DNA of 63,857 nucleotides, the filler included, from Octopus bimaculoides (Eukaryota), in the NCBI RefSeq assembly GCF_001194135.2. It is 8 parts of 8 records of this genome, joined end to end, with 100 filler letters (N's around TTAATTAATTAA, not from the genome) between each part and the next. Parts side by side here need not be neighbours in the genome. Positions count along the whole stretch, not along the records: positions 34,345 to 43,309 come from NC_068987.1; positions 43,410 to 50,710 come from NC_069005.1; positions 50,811 to 56,449 come from NC_069004.1; 5 more parts are not named here. One strand, written 5' to 3'. The translations under genes and the position numbers were made by a program. This document shows positions 38,863 through 51,430 of this stretch, one piece after another (position 1 is the first letter of the stretch; every line of letters begins with the position of its first letter). The notes beneath the pieces are model-generated. The model was not told the origin of the DNA, searched no databases, and worked only from the letters and a program-made list of their open reading frames with translations.

Positions 38863-40150
38863 TTAGATTGTCAAGAAAGTTCTTGCAGAAGTTTTAATTT
38901 GGGCTTTAAATGATGTATTTTCAAATTAATTTTCGTTAAATTACTTTGATTTTATATATCATTTTAAAGCCCGTTTTTCGCTCTATTTAACCGTGTTACT
39001 CTTTTTCTTTTTGAATAATTAGGCCATTTTTTCCGAAACGTTAAATGCAACATGGACAAAAAGCAAATTCGCACAATTTTCTTATTCCAGTTCAAGCTAG
39101 GTTGAAAAGCTGCTGAAACAGCTCACGATATCAACGATGCGTTTGGCCCAGGAACCACTAATGAACGTACAGCACAATGGTGGTTCAAGAAATTTCGTAG
39201 TGGTGACGAGTTTTGAAGATGATAAGCGTAGTGGTCGGCCATCGGATATTGACAACGATCAACTAAAAGCCTTAGTCGAAGCCAATTCACGCACAACTGT
39301 TCGAGCAGTTACTTCTGAATTAGACGTAACGTATACGACAATTTTCAACCACTTGAAAGAGATTAGNNNNNNNNNNNNNNNNNNNNNNNNNNNNNNNNNN
39401 NNNNNNNNNNNNNNNNNNNNNNNNNNNNNNNNNNNNNNNNNNNNNNNNNNNNNNNNNNNNNNNNNNNNNNNNNNNNNNNNNNNNNNNNNNNNNNNNNNNN
39501 NNNNNNNNNNNNNNNNNNNNNNNNNNNNNNNNNNNNNNNNNNNNNNNNNNNNNNNNNNNNNNNNNNNNNNNNNNNNNNNNNNNNNNNNNNNNNNNNNNNN
39601 NNNNNNNNNNNNNNNNNNNNNNNNNNNNNNNNNNNNNNNNNNNNNNNNNNNNNNNNNNNNNNNNNNNNNNNNNNNNNNNNNNNNNNNNNNNNNNNNNNNN
39701 NNNNNNNNNNNNNNNNNNNNNNNNNNNNNNNNNNNNNNNNNNNNNNNNNNNNNNNNNNNNNNNNNNNNNNNNNNNNNNNNNNNNNNNNNNNNNNNNNNNN
39801 NNNNNNNNNNNNNNNNNNNNNNNNNNNNNNNNNNNNNNNNNNNNNNNNNNNNNNNNNNNNNNNNNNNNNNNNNNNNNNNNNNNNNNNNNNNNNNNNNNNN
39901 NNNNNNNNNNNNNNNNNNNNNNNCATCTCGACAACTTCCTGCGTGAGAAATGCTTCAAAAACCAAGACGATGCCAAACACGCTTTCAACGACTTCATCGC
40001 CACCAGAACGAAGGTTTTTTACGCTACTGCCATAAATAAACTTGTTTCTCGTTGGCAAAAGTGTGTTGATTCTGATGTTGTTTGTTTCGATTATTAAGTT
40101 TTGTTTGAATTTAAAGGTTAAAAACCGCAAGAACTTTCTTGACAACCTAA
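38863..40150 (+). mobile_element. Mariner element (Hsmar1/cecropia-like), full length 1288 bp, inactivated
   Basis: TIRs TTAG(A/G)TTGTCAAGAAAGTTCTTGC at both ends, TA at 40151. ATG 39052 MDKKQIRTIFLFQFKLG*KAAETAHDINDAFG..WWFKKFRSG..GRPS; C-terminus HLDNFL..RWQKCVDSD..FDY* at 40097. The middle is in an N gap. Confidence 0.93.
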
Positions 40151-40597
40151 TACCTATTCTTGACATCTGCAGATTGAATAGCAAAATAAGTACAACATTA
40201 CCACACACACCTCCGTTCCCATATAATTACCATTCGTTCCTTTCTTTCCATCAGCTTCCTCCTCCTCCCCACCCAATACACACAGAAATGACCACATAAT
40301 CAACCTCTCATTGGTCAAACGGGATAAACAACCCTCTGTGAAACATCCATTAATGTTATATCGCCTGAAGAAATGGATCCATGAAGATTATCTACGTATT
40401 GCCCGCGGATACTACGGACCACACTGTAATCATCCCAGGAATACGGACTGTGATTTAAAGACATGCGATTTGTGGAGACGAGCGTAGCAATGTGTTAGAT
40501 TGTCATAATTCCATCCAAAGATTATTGTTATTATTACTATACATATATATCTCACTTCCTGGGCGTACTCAAATACCAGAGGTAGACTAATATGCTC

Positions 40598-40695
40598 TAT
40601 TGAAAAGCAGCAGAAATATCACAGAAATTGTTACTCAGAGTTTCACGTTCCCGTTCGTCGGACAGTTTTTGTGATATTTCTGCTGCTTTTCAATA
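40598..40695 (-). ncRNA. Type I hammerhead-ribozyme-like motif with 34-bp stem I
   Basis: Minus strand: stem I-CCGACGA-ACG(GGAA)CGT-GAAA-CTC(T)GAG-TA-stem I'. 32 of 34 stem I pairs match; U4C variant core. Confidence 0.6.
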
Positions 40696-40697
40696 AA

Positions 40698-40779
<82 letters not shown>

Positions 40780-41012
40780 NNNNNNNNNNNNNNNNNNNNN
40801 NNNNNNNNNNNNNNNNNNNNNNNNNNNNNNNNNNNNNNNNNNNNNNNNNNNNNNNNNNNNNNNNNNNNNNNNNNNNNNNNNNNNNNNNNNNNNNNNNNNN
40901 NNNNNNNNNNNNNNNNNNNNNNNNNNNNNNNNNNNNNNNNNNNNNNNNNNNNNNNNNNNNNNNNNNNNNNNNNNNNNNNNNNNNNNNNNNNNNNNNNNNN
41001 NNNNNNNNNNNN

Positions 41013-41048
<36 letters not shown>

Positions 41049-41289
41049 GTTATTTCTGTGTATTGAACAAGGATCATATACTCCAAACTGTCGTTTTGTT
41101 GACCGGTCATCTAGTTCCAGTTTGAAAACCTTTAAAAGTACGGTCGACCGTCGGATAGTTTGATCGGAGTATCCATCTTGAAGTGTGCAATCTTGATTGA
41201 ACTTGCATAAATCAACGTGTATATAGAATTACACACTTCAATAATAATGCTGTTTAAAGTACTTTTACGTTCTTGTACCACAAAATAAA

Positions 41290-41705
41290 CAAATCTATCG
41301 TCATCATCGTCGTCGTTTTCATACTCCTCCTCCGTTCCTCCTCTTCCTTTCCGCCTCCACCATTCCTCCTCCCTTCCTCCTCCTCTACCTCCTCTTCTAG
41401 TCATCTCCCATCCTCTCCTCCTCCTTCTCTTCCTCCTCCATCTCCTCCTTCTCATCCTCATCCTCATCATCCAGTAGCAGCTGTATATTAATAATCCTAC
41501 CGCAAGCCCGAAACCGCCACAGAAGCACCATTGAAACCATCATCAACATCCGTTGTTGTCGTTATCCTACTCATCCATCTACACCAATGCAGCCACCAGA
41601 ACAAAAACAACAATCACTACCAGCTTCACCATCACCACCACCTTCATCATCATCGTAATCATCATCATCATGAACAGTCGTATTATGATTATCAATATCA
41701 TTATC
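41290..41705. repeat. Low-complexity (TCC/CAT/CAC)n region
   Basis: Imperfect trinucleotide runs. Confidence 0.9.
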
Positions 41706-43273
41706 ACGGCTTTCACCCAATGTCCAATTTTTTTGAGATATTTTGGTGTGAGTCTGTTTCATGTTCATACACCGTCGATTTTTGTTGGTGCGATGCCATA
41801 TTTATGTTGGTTGCATCTCATCTAAATACCTCAAAAATAATATTCATATATTATAAAATGACAGAATGTGTTAGTTTGTCCTTCAATATAATCTAAACAC
41901 AATTTATGAACAATAACAATTATAGACATTAATAGATATACATATACGTATTTTTGCATATACATATATATATATATATAAATACACACACACACACACA
42001 TATGACACATATGTGTATGCATGTGTGTATATATACATATATGAATGTACGTATTTATGTTGTATATACACATATATATTCATATATATATATATGTATG
42101 TATATAAATAAATAAATATATATATATATATATATATATANNNNNNNNNNNNNNNNNNNNNNNNNNNNNNNNNNNNNNNNNNNNNNNNNNNNNNNNNNNN
42201 NNNNNNNNNNNNNNNNNNNNNNNNNNNNNNNNNNNNNNNNNNNNNNNNNNNNNNNNNNNNNNNNNNNNNNNNNNNNNNNNNNNNNNNNNNNNNNNNNNNN
42301 NNNNNNNNNNNNNNNNNNNNNNNNNNNNNNNNNNNNNNNNNNNNNNNNNNNNNNNNNNNNNNNNNNNNNNNNNNNNNNNNNNNNNNNNNNNNNNNNNNNN
42401 NNNNNNNNNNNNNNNNNNNNNNNNNNNNNNNNNNNNNNNNNNNNNNNNNNNNNNNNNNNNNNNNNNNNNNNNNNNNNNNNNNNNNNNNNNNNNNNNNNNN
42501 NNNNNNNNNNNNNNNNNNNNNNNNNNNNNNNNNNNNNNNNNNNNNNNNNNNNNNNNNNNNNNNNNNNNNNNNNNNNNNNNNNNNNNNNNNNNNNNNNNNN
42601 NNNNNNNNNNNNNNNNNNNNNNNNNNNNNNNNNNNNNNNNNNNNNNNNNNNNNNNNNNNNNNNNNNNNNNNNNNNNNNNNNNNNNNNNNNNNNNNNNNNN
42701 NNNNNNNNNNNNNNNNNNNNNNNNNNNNNNNNNNNNNNNNNNNNNNNNNNNNNNNNNNNNNNNNNNNNNNNNNNNNNNNNNNNNNNNNNNNNNNNNNNNN
42801 NNNNNNNNNNNNNATATATATATATATATATATATATATATACTTACACGCGTGCATACATACATGTGTATGTGTATATGTATGGTACATGGTATCATAG
42901 AGATATGAATAGGTACAGTGTAATTAGCGAAAGAGTGCTCAATACTTCAAAGTATATTGGAATTAAGCTATTTAGTTAAATTGATGGGAATGACCGACCA
43001 AGTGTTTGGTGGTACCGATTATATGACATCTGCGTATACGTGTGTGTATATATACTTTTCTTGTGTTTACTGGTTCTTTTATTTTTCAGCGACAATGCTG
43101 GGGGCACCACTTTTATGGTCTTAGTAGAACAAATTGAGCAAAGTACTTGTTCTTTCAGCTTCTTATTGCCGGAAAAGCTATACATACATATATACATACA
43201 TACATACATACATACACAAACATACATACATACATACATACATGCATACATATACATACATATACATACATGC

Positions 43274-43309
<36 letters not shown>

Positions 43310-43499
43310 NNNNNNNNNNNNNNNNNNNNNNNNNNNNNNNNNNNNNNNNNNNNTTAATTAATTAANNNNNNNNNNNNNNNNNNNNNNNNNNNNNNNNNNN
43401 NNNNNNNNNGAAAAAGAATAATTCATTGTAAATTCTACGCCGCTGAAAACACATTAAGACGCTTAGGTCAGAAATTTTGAAAATTAAAGGTGTCTATTT

Positions 43500-43819
43500 A
43501 CTTCCTGCCACGTAGTGAGACAGAACCTGGAACCATCTGGTTGGGAAGCACGTTTCTTACCACACAGCCATGCCTGCGACTAACTCTGTGCATATGTGTA
43601 TATTAGGAATATGTGCAGGAATGAGTAGGTCAGTATGTGTGTTTGTGTGTGTATGTATGTGTGTGCGTTTGCGGGCGCGTGTGTATGCGCGCATATGTTT
43701 ATATGGGTGTTGGAAATGCGTGGAAGAAAAGAGGTTAAGTGTTTGTATATGTATGTGTATATAAGAGCGCATGCGCATGGATGAGTGTTTGAGTGTGTGA
43801 AGATGTGTATTATAGTGTG

Positions 43820-43856
<37 letters not shown>

Positions 43857-44379
43857 NNNNNNNNNNNNNNNNNNNNNNNNNNNNNNNNNNNNNNNNNNNN
43901 NNNNNNNNNNNNNNNNNNNNNNNNNNNNNNNNNNNNNNNNNNNNNNNNNNNNNNNNNNNNNNNNNNNNNNNNNNNNNNNNNNNNNNNNNNNNNNNNNNNN
44001 NNNNNNNNNNNNNNNNNNNNNNNNNNNNNNNNNNNNNNNNNNNNNNNNNNNNNNNNNNNNNNNNNNNNNNNNNNNNNNNNNNNNNNNNNNNNNNNNNNNN
44101 NNNNNNNNNNNNNNNNNNNNNNNNNNNNNNNNNNNNNNNNNNNNNNNNNNNNNNNNNNNNNNNNNNNNNNNNNNNNNNNNNNNNNNNNNNNNNNNNNNNN
44201 NNNNNNNNNNNNNNNNNNNNNNNNNNNNNNNNNNNNNNNNNNNNNNNNNNNNNNNNNNNNNNNNNNNNNNNNNNNNNNNNNNNNNNNNNNNNNNNNNNNN
44301 NNNNNNNNNNNNNNNNNNNNNNNNNNNNNNNNNNNNNNNNNNNNNNNNNNNNNNNNNNNNNNATGTGTATTATAGTGTG

Positions 44380-44420
<41 letters not shown>

Positions 44421-44555
44421 GTATATATATGTATATGTATATATATTTACGACAGACCACTTTCAGATTATGATCACCAGATCCACTCACATGGCTTTGG
44501 TCGACTCGGGGTTATAGCAGAAGAGACTTGCTCAAGGTGCCACGCAGCGAGGCTG
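43500..44555 (-). mobile_element. Two CORE-like SINE fragments (43500-43580 and 44455-44555)
   Basis: ggaaccatctggttgggaagc..ttaccacacagcca, and atccactcac..ctcaaggtgccacgcag. Confidence 0.7.
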
Positions 44556-44770
44556 TACAAAATAGTCAAAATCCCTCATCGGTTATGCATGTGCGTATGT
44601 ATGTATGTACGTACGTACTTACGCACGTAATTTTCTTTGAGTTTAATCTAAGTTCTTCTTGAGAGAGAGAGAGAGAGTTGAAGTCGGTAGCTAAACAAAG
44701 CGACATGACATATTTTTCAGGTAAGAGACTCAACGGTGTTCGTATATACACATGCGGTTGGGTCGCTTAC

Positions 44771-44869
44771 ATCAAAGCGTGTGCATCTATTCCCGTAAAA
44801 ATCTCAGATGAAGAATATTTGGAATGCTTTACAGATAGCCAGGCGATCTTGGGTTCTTCCCAAGCCTTT
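44771..44869 (-). CDS. Candidate internal exon, 99 nt, phase 2-2, unknown product
   Basis: TTCTACAG acceptor, GAT|GTAAGC donor. The only open frame reads KAWEEPKIAWLSVKHSKYSSSEIFTGIDAHAL. Confidence 0.28.
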
Positions 44870-45203
44870 CTGTAGAACTGGCTCAGTTCAAAAGTCCACT
44901 GGATTTTTTTTTTCTCCACAGTTTCGCGCACGCTTGTGTGTGAGCGCGTCTGGAGATAAGCGCGTGTGTGTGCTCTTGCGCGTGAATAACCATTGTTTTA
45001 GTTTTAGCATAAATTACGCTGTATTTGTCTAAGCATTACAAGTAGACCATTATTTGTTCATAAATATGTGTCAAGGGCAGCAGTTACGTAGGCTTTCACT
45101 ACACTTTGCATTCAATTACTATTTTGTATAATAATACTTCATAATTTATTTTTCTGGTTCTGCCCCCTCTCTTTCTTTTTCTCTTACTCTCTCTCACTCT
45201 ATT

Positions 45204-45239
<36 letters not shown>

Positions 45240-45382
45240 CTCACGGTCACTCGCTCTCTGTTGCTGTCTATCTAGTTATCTATCGCTATCTCTCGCGTCC
45301 GTCAATGCTCATCCTCTCTACATTATCTTCCTGTCAGGACTGTGAGGTTTCAAGATTTTCTTAACCCATCCTTGCAAGCGCG

Positions 45383-45433
<51 letters not shown>

Positions 45434-45450
45434 ACACACACACATACACA

Positions 45451-45512
<62 letters not shown>

Positions 45513-45571
45513 TTCAAATAAACGCACACACAAAATACACAGACACGTATCACACACAAACATATATTTAT

Positions 45572-45631
<60 letters not shown>

Positions 45632-45896
45632 ACACACATACACATTCGCAAACACACATACACACTCACATATACTCTCAATCTCACATACATGCTGTCA
45701 TGTGTGCGTGTGTGTACATATATTTGTAATATACGTATATATATATATATATGTATGCATACAAGCATACATGTATAAATGCATGCATACGAATGCGCAC
45801 GCGCAGTTAGATTAACACACCTACACACATCTACTTAATTCCTCAAAACACCGGATGTACTCACTAATCCCGTGAAGCGTCAAGATCAAAGAAAGT

Positions 45897-45942
<46 letters not shown>

Positions 45943-46232
45943 TATACTCACACACATAAAAACATGTGTGTGCGAGTATACGCATGTGTGTGTGTGAGTG
46001 TGTGTGAATGTATGCGTGCGAATGTGCGTATGTGTGTGTACGTGTACTAGAGGTAAAAATACGTGTTAGAAACTTTTGGTACGCTAATGTCCTAGAGACT
46101 CAGTGGAGACCTTCATCAGGTAAAGTGTAGGTAAAGGTCGTAGATCTACATAACCACTCTTTCCATCCCTGGTACGTATATATGTATGTATGTCATTTTC
46201 CTGTTTTATTTCAAGATTTCTTGTCAATAAAA

Positions 46233-46545
46233 GCGACGAGCTGGCAGAAACGTTAGCACGCCGGGAGAAATGCTGAGCGGTATTTCGGCTGTCTTTATGT
46301 TCTGAGTTCAAATTCCGCCGAGGTCGACTTTGCCTTTCATCCTTTCGGGGTCGATAAACTAAGTATCAGTTGCGTACTGGNNNNNNNNNNNNNNNNNNNN
46401 NNNNNNNNNNNNNNNNNNNNNNNNNNNNNNNNNNNNNNNNNNNNNNNNNNNNNNNNNNNNNNNNNNNNNNNNNNNNNNNNNNNNNNNNNNNNNNNNNNNN
46501 NNNNNNCCCTAAATTTCTGGCTTTGTGTCTAGATTAGAAAAGATT
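46233..46545 (+). mobile_element. Meta-like SINE spanning an N gap
   Basis: Well-conserved gagctggcagaaacgttagcacgccggg..gcctttcatcctttcggggtcgataaa. Confidence 0.88.
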
Positions 46546-48059
46546 TACCAATAGAGAAGAAGTCGGTTACTAACCTAGATTCGAAGTTTCTTCATTGGAA
46601 TTTCAACATCAACAACAGGGTATTTTTGTATGTATGTATGTATGTATGTATGTATGTGCAGATTTGAATGTTTTATGTATGCATTCTCGTGCATATAGTT
46701 GCATATCTAAATATGCTCATATATATTTAAATGATAAAAATTCAGGAAAGTCTTACAGATTTTTACTGTTCCAGTGATGGATTGGATCTGTAGTCTTCGA
46801 ATTAGCTTTCTCCTTTTTGGTTTTGAGAAGCCTAATCTACTAAGATTGGTATTCAAGCAGTGTATTACACCAGTGTATTACATTATGTACATGTGTGTGT
46901 GTGTGTGCGTGAGTGTGTGCGTGTGTGTGTACGCGTGTGTATGCGTGTGTGTACGTGAGTGCATGTGTGGGCGCGTGCACGTGAGTGTGTGTGCGTGTAC
47001 GTGTGTATGCGTGCATGTGTGTGCGTGTGTGTGCGTGCGTGAGTGTCCTCCGGTTAAGTGTCTTAGAAGGACATTGACATCAACATCAGTAACAGATTGA
47101 ACAATAGCAGCAGCAGCAGCAGCANNNNNNNNNNNNNNNNNNNNNNNNNNNNNNNNNNNNNNNNNNNNNNNNNNNNNNNNNNNNNNNNNNNNNNNNNNNN
47201 NNNNNNNNNNNNNNNNNNNNNNNNNNNNNNNNNNNNNNNNNNNNNNNNNNNNNNNNNNNNNNNNNNNNNNNNNNNNNNNNNNNNNNNNNNNNNNNNNNNN
47301 NNNNNNNNNNNNNNNNNNNNNNNNNNNNNNNNNNNNNNNNNNNNNNNNNNNNNNNNNNNNNNNNNNNNNNNNNNNNNNNNNNNNNNNNNNNNNNNNNNNN
47401 NNNNNNNNNNNNNNNNNNNNNNNNNNNNNNNNNNNNNNNNNNNNNNNNNNNNNNNNNNNNNNNNNNNNNNNNNNNNNNNNNNNNNNNNNNNNNNNNNNNN
47501 NNNNNNNNNNNNNNNNNNNNNNNNNNNNNNNNNNNNNNNNNNNNNNNNNNNNNNNNNNNNNNNNNNNNNNNNNNNNNNNNNNNNNNNNNNNNNNNNNNNN
47601 NNNNNNNNNNNNNNNNNNNNNNNNNNNNNNNNNNNNNNNNNNNNNNNNNNNNNNNNNNNNNNNNNNNNNNNNNNNNNNNNNNNNNNNNNNNNNNNNNNNN
47701 NNNNNNNNNNNNNNNNNNNNNNNNNNNNNNNNNNNNNNNNNNNNNNNNNNNNNNNNNNNNNNNNNNNNNNNNNNNNNNNNNNNNNNNNNNNNNNNNNNNN
47801 NNNNNNNNNNNNNNNNNNNNNNNNNNNNNNNNNNNNNNNNNNNNNNNNNNNNNNNNNNNNNNNNNNNNNNNNNNNNNNNNNNNNNNNNNNNNNNNNNNNN
47901 NNNNNNNNNNNNNNNNNNNNNNNNNNNNNNNNNNNNNNNNNNNNNNNNNNNNNNNNNNNNNNNNNNNNNNNNNNNNNNNNNNNNNNNNNNNNNNNNNNNN
48001 NNNNNNNNNNNNNNNNNNNNNNNNNNNNNNNNNNNNNNNNNNNNNNNNNNNNNNNAAGG

Positions 48060-48674
48060 AATAACAATAATCTCAACTGACAGCTTGATTAGCTTGACAA
48101 TTTGAATAACAATGGTAGTGCTTGTGAGAGCGAGGACGGTAGTAGTAGTAGTAGTGGTGGTGGTGGTGGTGGTGGTGGTTGTGGTAGTGGTGGTGGTGGT
48201 GGTGGTGGTAGTAGTAGTAGTAGGAGGAGGAGTAGTAGTAGTGGTGGTGGTGGTAGTGGGGATGATGGTGGTGGTGATAGAGGTGAAGGTGGCGATGGTG
48301 TTGGTGTAATGATGGTAGCTGTAACGAAACTCTAGTAGTAGTAGTAGTAGTAGTGGTAGTAGTGGCGGCGGCGGCGGTGGTGGCTGGGATTTCTTCGTCG
48401 CTTGCGGAGATGACATCTTGCGTCTCTTGTTTCAACCTATTCAACCTGCCCCTGCCACGGATTCAGAATTTCAGTCTGTCTGTCCGTCCGTCCGTCTGTC
48501 TGTTTCTCTCTCTTGCTCCCTCTCTCTCACTTTCTCTCTCTCTCTTTCTCTTCCTCTTTCTCTCCCTTTCTCTTTCTCTCTCTCTCATTCTCCCTATCTC
48601 TCTCTCTTTCTCTCTTTCTTTCCCTCTCTCTTTCTCCCTCTCTCTCATTCTCTCTCTCTTTCTCCCTCTCTCTT

Positions 48675-48705
<31 letters not shown>

Positions 48706-48774
48706 TTCTCTTTCTCTCTCTTTCTCCCCACCTCTCTCTATTTCTCCCTCTTCTTTCTTTCTCTCTGTCTCTGC

Positions 48775-48856
<82 letters not shown>

Positions 48857-48965
48857 GTATATATGTGCGTGTGTGTGAGTGAAACTAAGGGGGGAGTGTA
48901 TGTGTGTCTGTGACTGAGTGTGTGTCTGTGAGTGAGTGTGTGTCTGTGAGTGAGTGTGTGTCTTA
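48060..48965. repeat. (GGT/AGT)n, (CT)n, (TCTG)n and (GT)n compound microsatellites
   Basis: Direct inspection. Confidence 0.93.
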
Positions 48966-49394
48966 CTGTTCCCCCCCCCTCGCAATTCTCTGTCTTCCAT
49001 AACAACAACAACAACAACAATCTCGATTGCTATCAACTTTCACTTTCAGCTCTCCTCCCACTTGCCCTCATTCACACCAGCATCAATGACAACAACTACA
49101 ACTACAACAACAGGGCTTCTACATCTCACCACCACCACCATCAATACCACCACCATCACTTATTGACCCCCAGCCGCCCCATGGCTCTCCACTTCACATC
49201 CGTTCTAACGGATTGTTGTTATTGTTGTTGTTGCTATTGTTGCCGTTGTTGGAATAATTGTTTCATGGAAATTTCTTGGAAGTTTCTTCTTTTTACTTTC
49301 CGTTTTCCACACACACACACACACACACACACTTACCGACACCAATTGTAAATAATGTGAATAATCTAAGTTTTAATATCATCTCCTTGGAAAC

Positions 49395-49530
49395 GCGGCG
49401 AGCTGGCAGAAACGTTAGCACGCCGGGCGAAATGCTGAGCGGTATTTCGTCTGCCGCTACGTTCTGAGTTCAAATTCCGCCCAGGTCGACTTTGCCTTTC
49501 ATCCATTCGGGGCCGATAATTGAGAAAGTA
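49395..49530 (+). mobile_element. Meta-like SINE, 3'-interrupted
   Basis: Conserved head and central domain, immediately followed by the minus-strand head A SINE. Confidence 0.85.
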
Positions 49531-49539
49531 AAAAAAAAA

Positions 49540-49855
49540 AAACGATAAACGTCGCCCTTTCAAAGCCTAGCCAGGCTCATGGGCCCGGTTTCCCGGTTTC
49601 TATGGCATATGTGTTCCCCGCTAGCTGGACGGGACGCCAGTCCATCGCAGCGTTACTCAAGAAACAGGAAGAAAGTGTGAGAGAAAGTTGTGGTGAAAGA
49701 GTACAGCAGGGTTCGCCACCATCCCCTGCCGGAGCCTCATGGAGCTTTAGGTGTTTTCGCTCAATAAACACTCACAACGCCCGGTCTGGGAATCGAAACC
49801 ACGATCCTATGACCGCGAGTCCGCTGCCCTAACCACTGGGCCATTGCGCCTCCAC
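49540..49855 (-). mobile_element. tRNA-derived SINE, head A + tail 2, full length
   Basis: Very similar to 3268-3573 and retains the ggaggcgcaatgg start. Confidence 0.88.
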
Positions 49856-49889
49856 CATGTGTATGTACATACATATATACATACATGCA

Positions 49890-50130
49890 TGCATGAAAAC
49901 GAGAACATTTGTGACGAATTTATGCAGAACTTTGAGTTCTTGAACCTTAACTACGAATTCTTGTCAGTACCTATCATCATAGATGCATTAGGCTATATAC
50001 CGACTAATTTACACAAAAACCTAGAATTTCTCGGTTTTACGGAGAAAGATCAAAAGAAACTGACGCGGATTCTTCGAATCCAATCTATTAATGGCACAGT
50101 GAAGATTTGCAGACATTCCCAAAATTCTCC
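49890..50130 (+). mobile_element. RLE-type non-LTR retrotransposon C-terminal remnant
   Basis: YEFLSVPIIIDALGYIPTNLHKNLEFLGF..KKLTRILRIQSINGTVKIC resembles [17 protein letters not shown] ends. Confidence 0.65.
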
Positions 50131-50563
50131 ATCTGCGGTCCTTATGTGAACAGATGCACACACGTGGGTGTATGCATTGCCACTTCAACCAACACACCAA
50201 CTCAATGACATATTTATAAACATCGGAACCTCTTTTAACTGGAAAAAGTATTGTCGCTTTGTTAGCGAACAGCTTGAACTCTCTCATGAAGAATTTCAAT
50301 AAAACTCGAAGAAAAATCATACGTACATACATAGATGGATACATACAAGACTACCGTATTTGATGTTGCCTGAATTCCAAAGAAAATATTTTGTTTCTAG
50401 CAGATCGTTCTCCGTTGGTGATAAATTCGAAAAATTAACCAAAAACACGTATGCTTATATAGAGTATATATAAGCAAAACGTTCCAGAGATCGTCCATAA
50501 GAGTTTCCTATTCTAAATATATGGAAACATATCTAAAATTCTCCTGTACTAGACATATACATA

Positions 50564-50661
50564 CTGCGTGGCACCTTAGGCAAGTGTCTTCTGCTATAGC
50601 CTCGGGCCGACCAAAGCCTTGTGAGTGGATTTGGTAGACGGAAACTGAAAGAAGCCCGTCG

Positions 50662-50662
<1 letters not shown>
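50564..50662 (+). mobile_element. CORE-like SINE core
   Basis: ctgcgtggcaccttaggcaagtgtcttctgctatagcctcggg..gaaactgaaagaagcccgtcg; a similar piece lies at 52194-52250. Confidence 0.85.
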
Positions 50663-50710
<48 letters not shown>

Positions 50711-50825
50711 NNNNNNNNNNNNNNNNNNNNNNNNNNNNNNNNNNNNNNNNNNNNTTAATTAATTAANNNNNNNNNNNNNNNNNNNNNNNNNNNNNNNNNN
50801 NNNNNNNNNNTATATATTTATATAT

Positions 50826-51430
50826 ATGCATATATGAGTACAGGATGTCACCAACAGTAAACAACATGAAATACGAAAGCAAATGAGTTCAATAAGCAAA
50901 CAACGAGAGAAACAAATGGAAAATAGGACAAGTAACATAATGAACGAGCCTTCATCAGTTGTCGGCTGTCTATCTACTCCTCATTTCGAGCATTGAACAA
51001 CAATTGGAGTCTTCGAAGACAGTTGCTCCCATGAGTACCAAAATATAATTTGGGATTTATGGAGGATCAAAGTTGGGAACAAAAACAAGGCAGTGGAGAC
51101 ATACAAGGAAGCCGAACGAAAACAAACAAGGAGGGTCGTTAGACCAGAAGAAGAGTAAATTAGCGAACGCTGGAGAAATAATTTCTTTCACAAGAGGAAA
51201 GATAGAAGCAAGAGATAGGATAGTCCAGTCCTGAAAGAAAAGAAAGATGATCACGTGAGGAAAAGAAAAATGGACGATAGTCACGTGTAAGCAACGAGAG
51301 AGAGAAAAGGAGAAAGAGGGGAGAGAGAAAGACAGATAGAAAACAGTGAAGGGGAAAAAAGGGAATTAGAGAAAAGGATGAGAGAGAAAACGATAAGGGA
51401 GAAAACAGTATAGAGTGGAGTCGCATCAAA
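50826..51430 (-). mobile_element. Non-coding Penelope-pLTR-like repeat abutting (TA)n
   Basis: The minus-strand end catcctgtactcatatatgc matches 60732-60750; contains CTGATGAAGG. Classification is inference. Confidence 0.35.
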
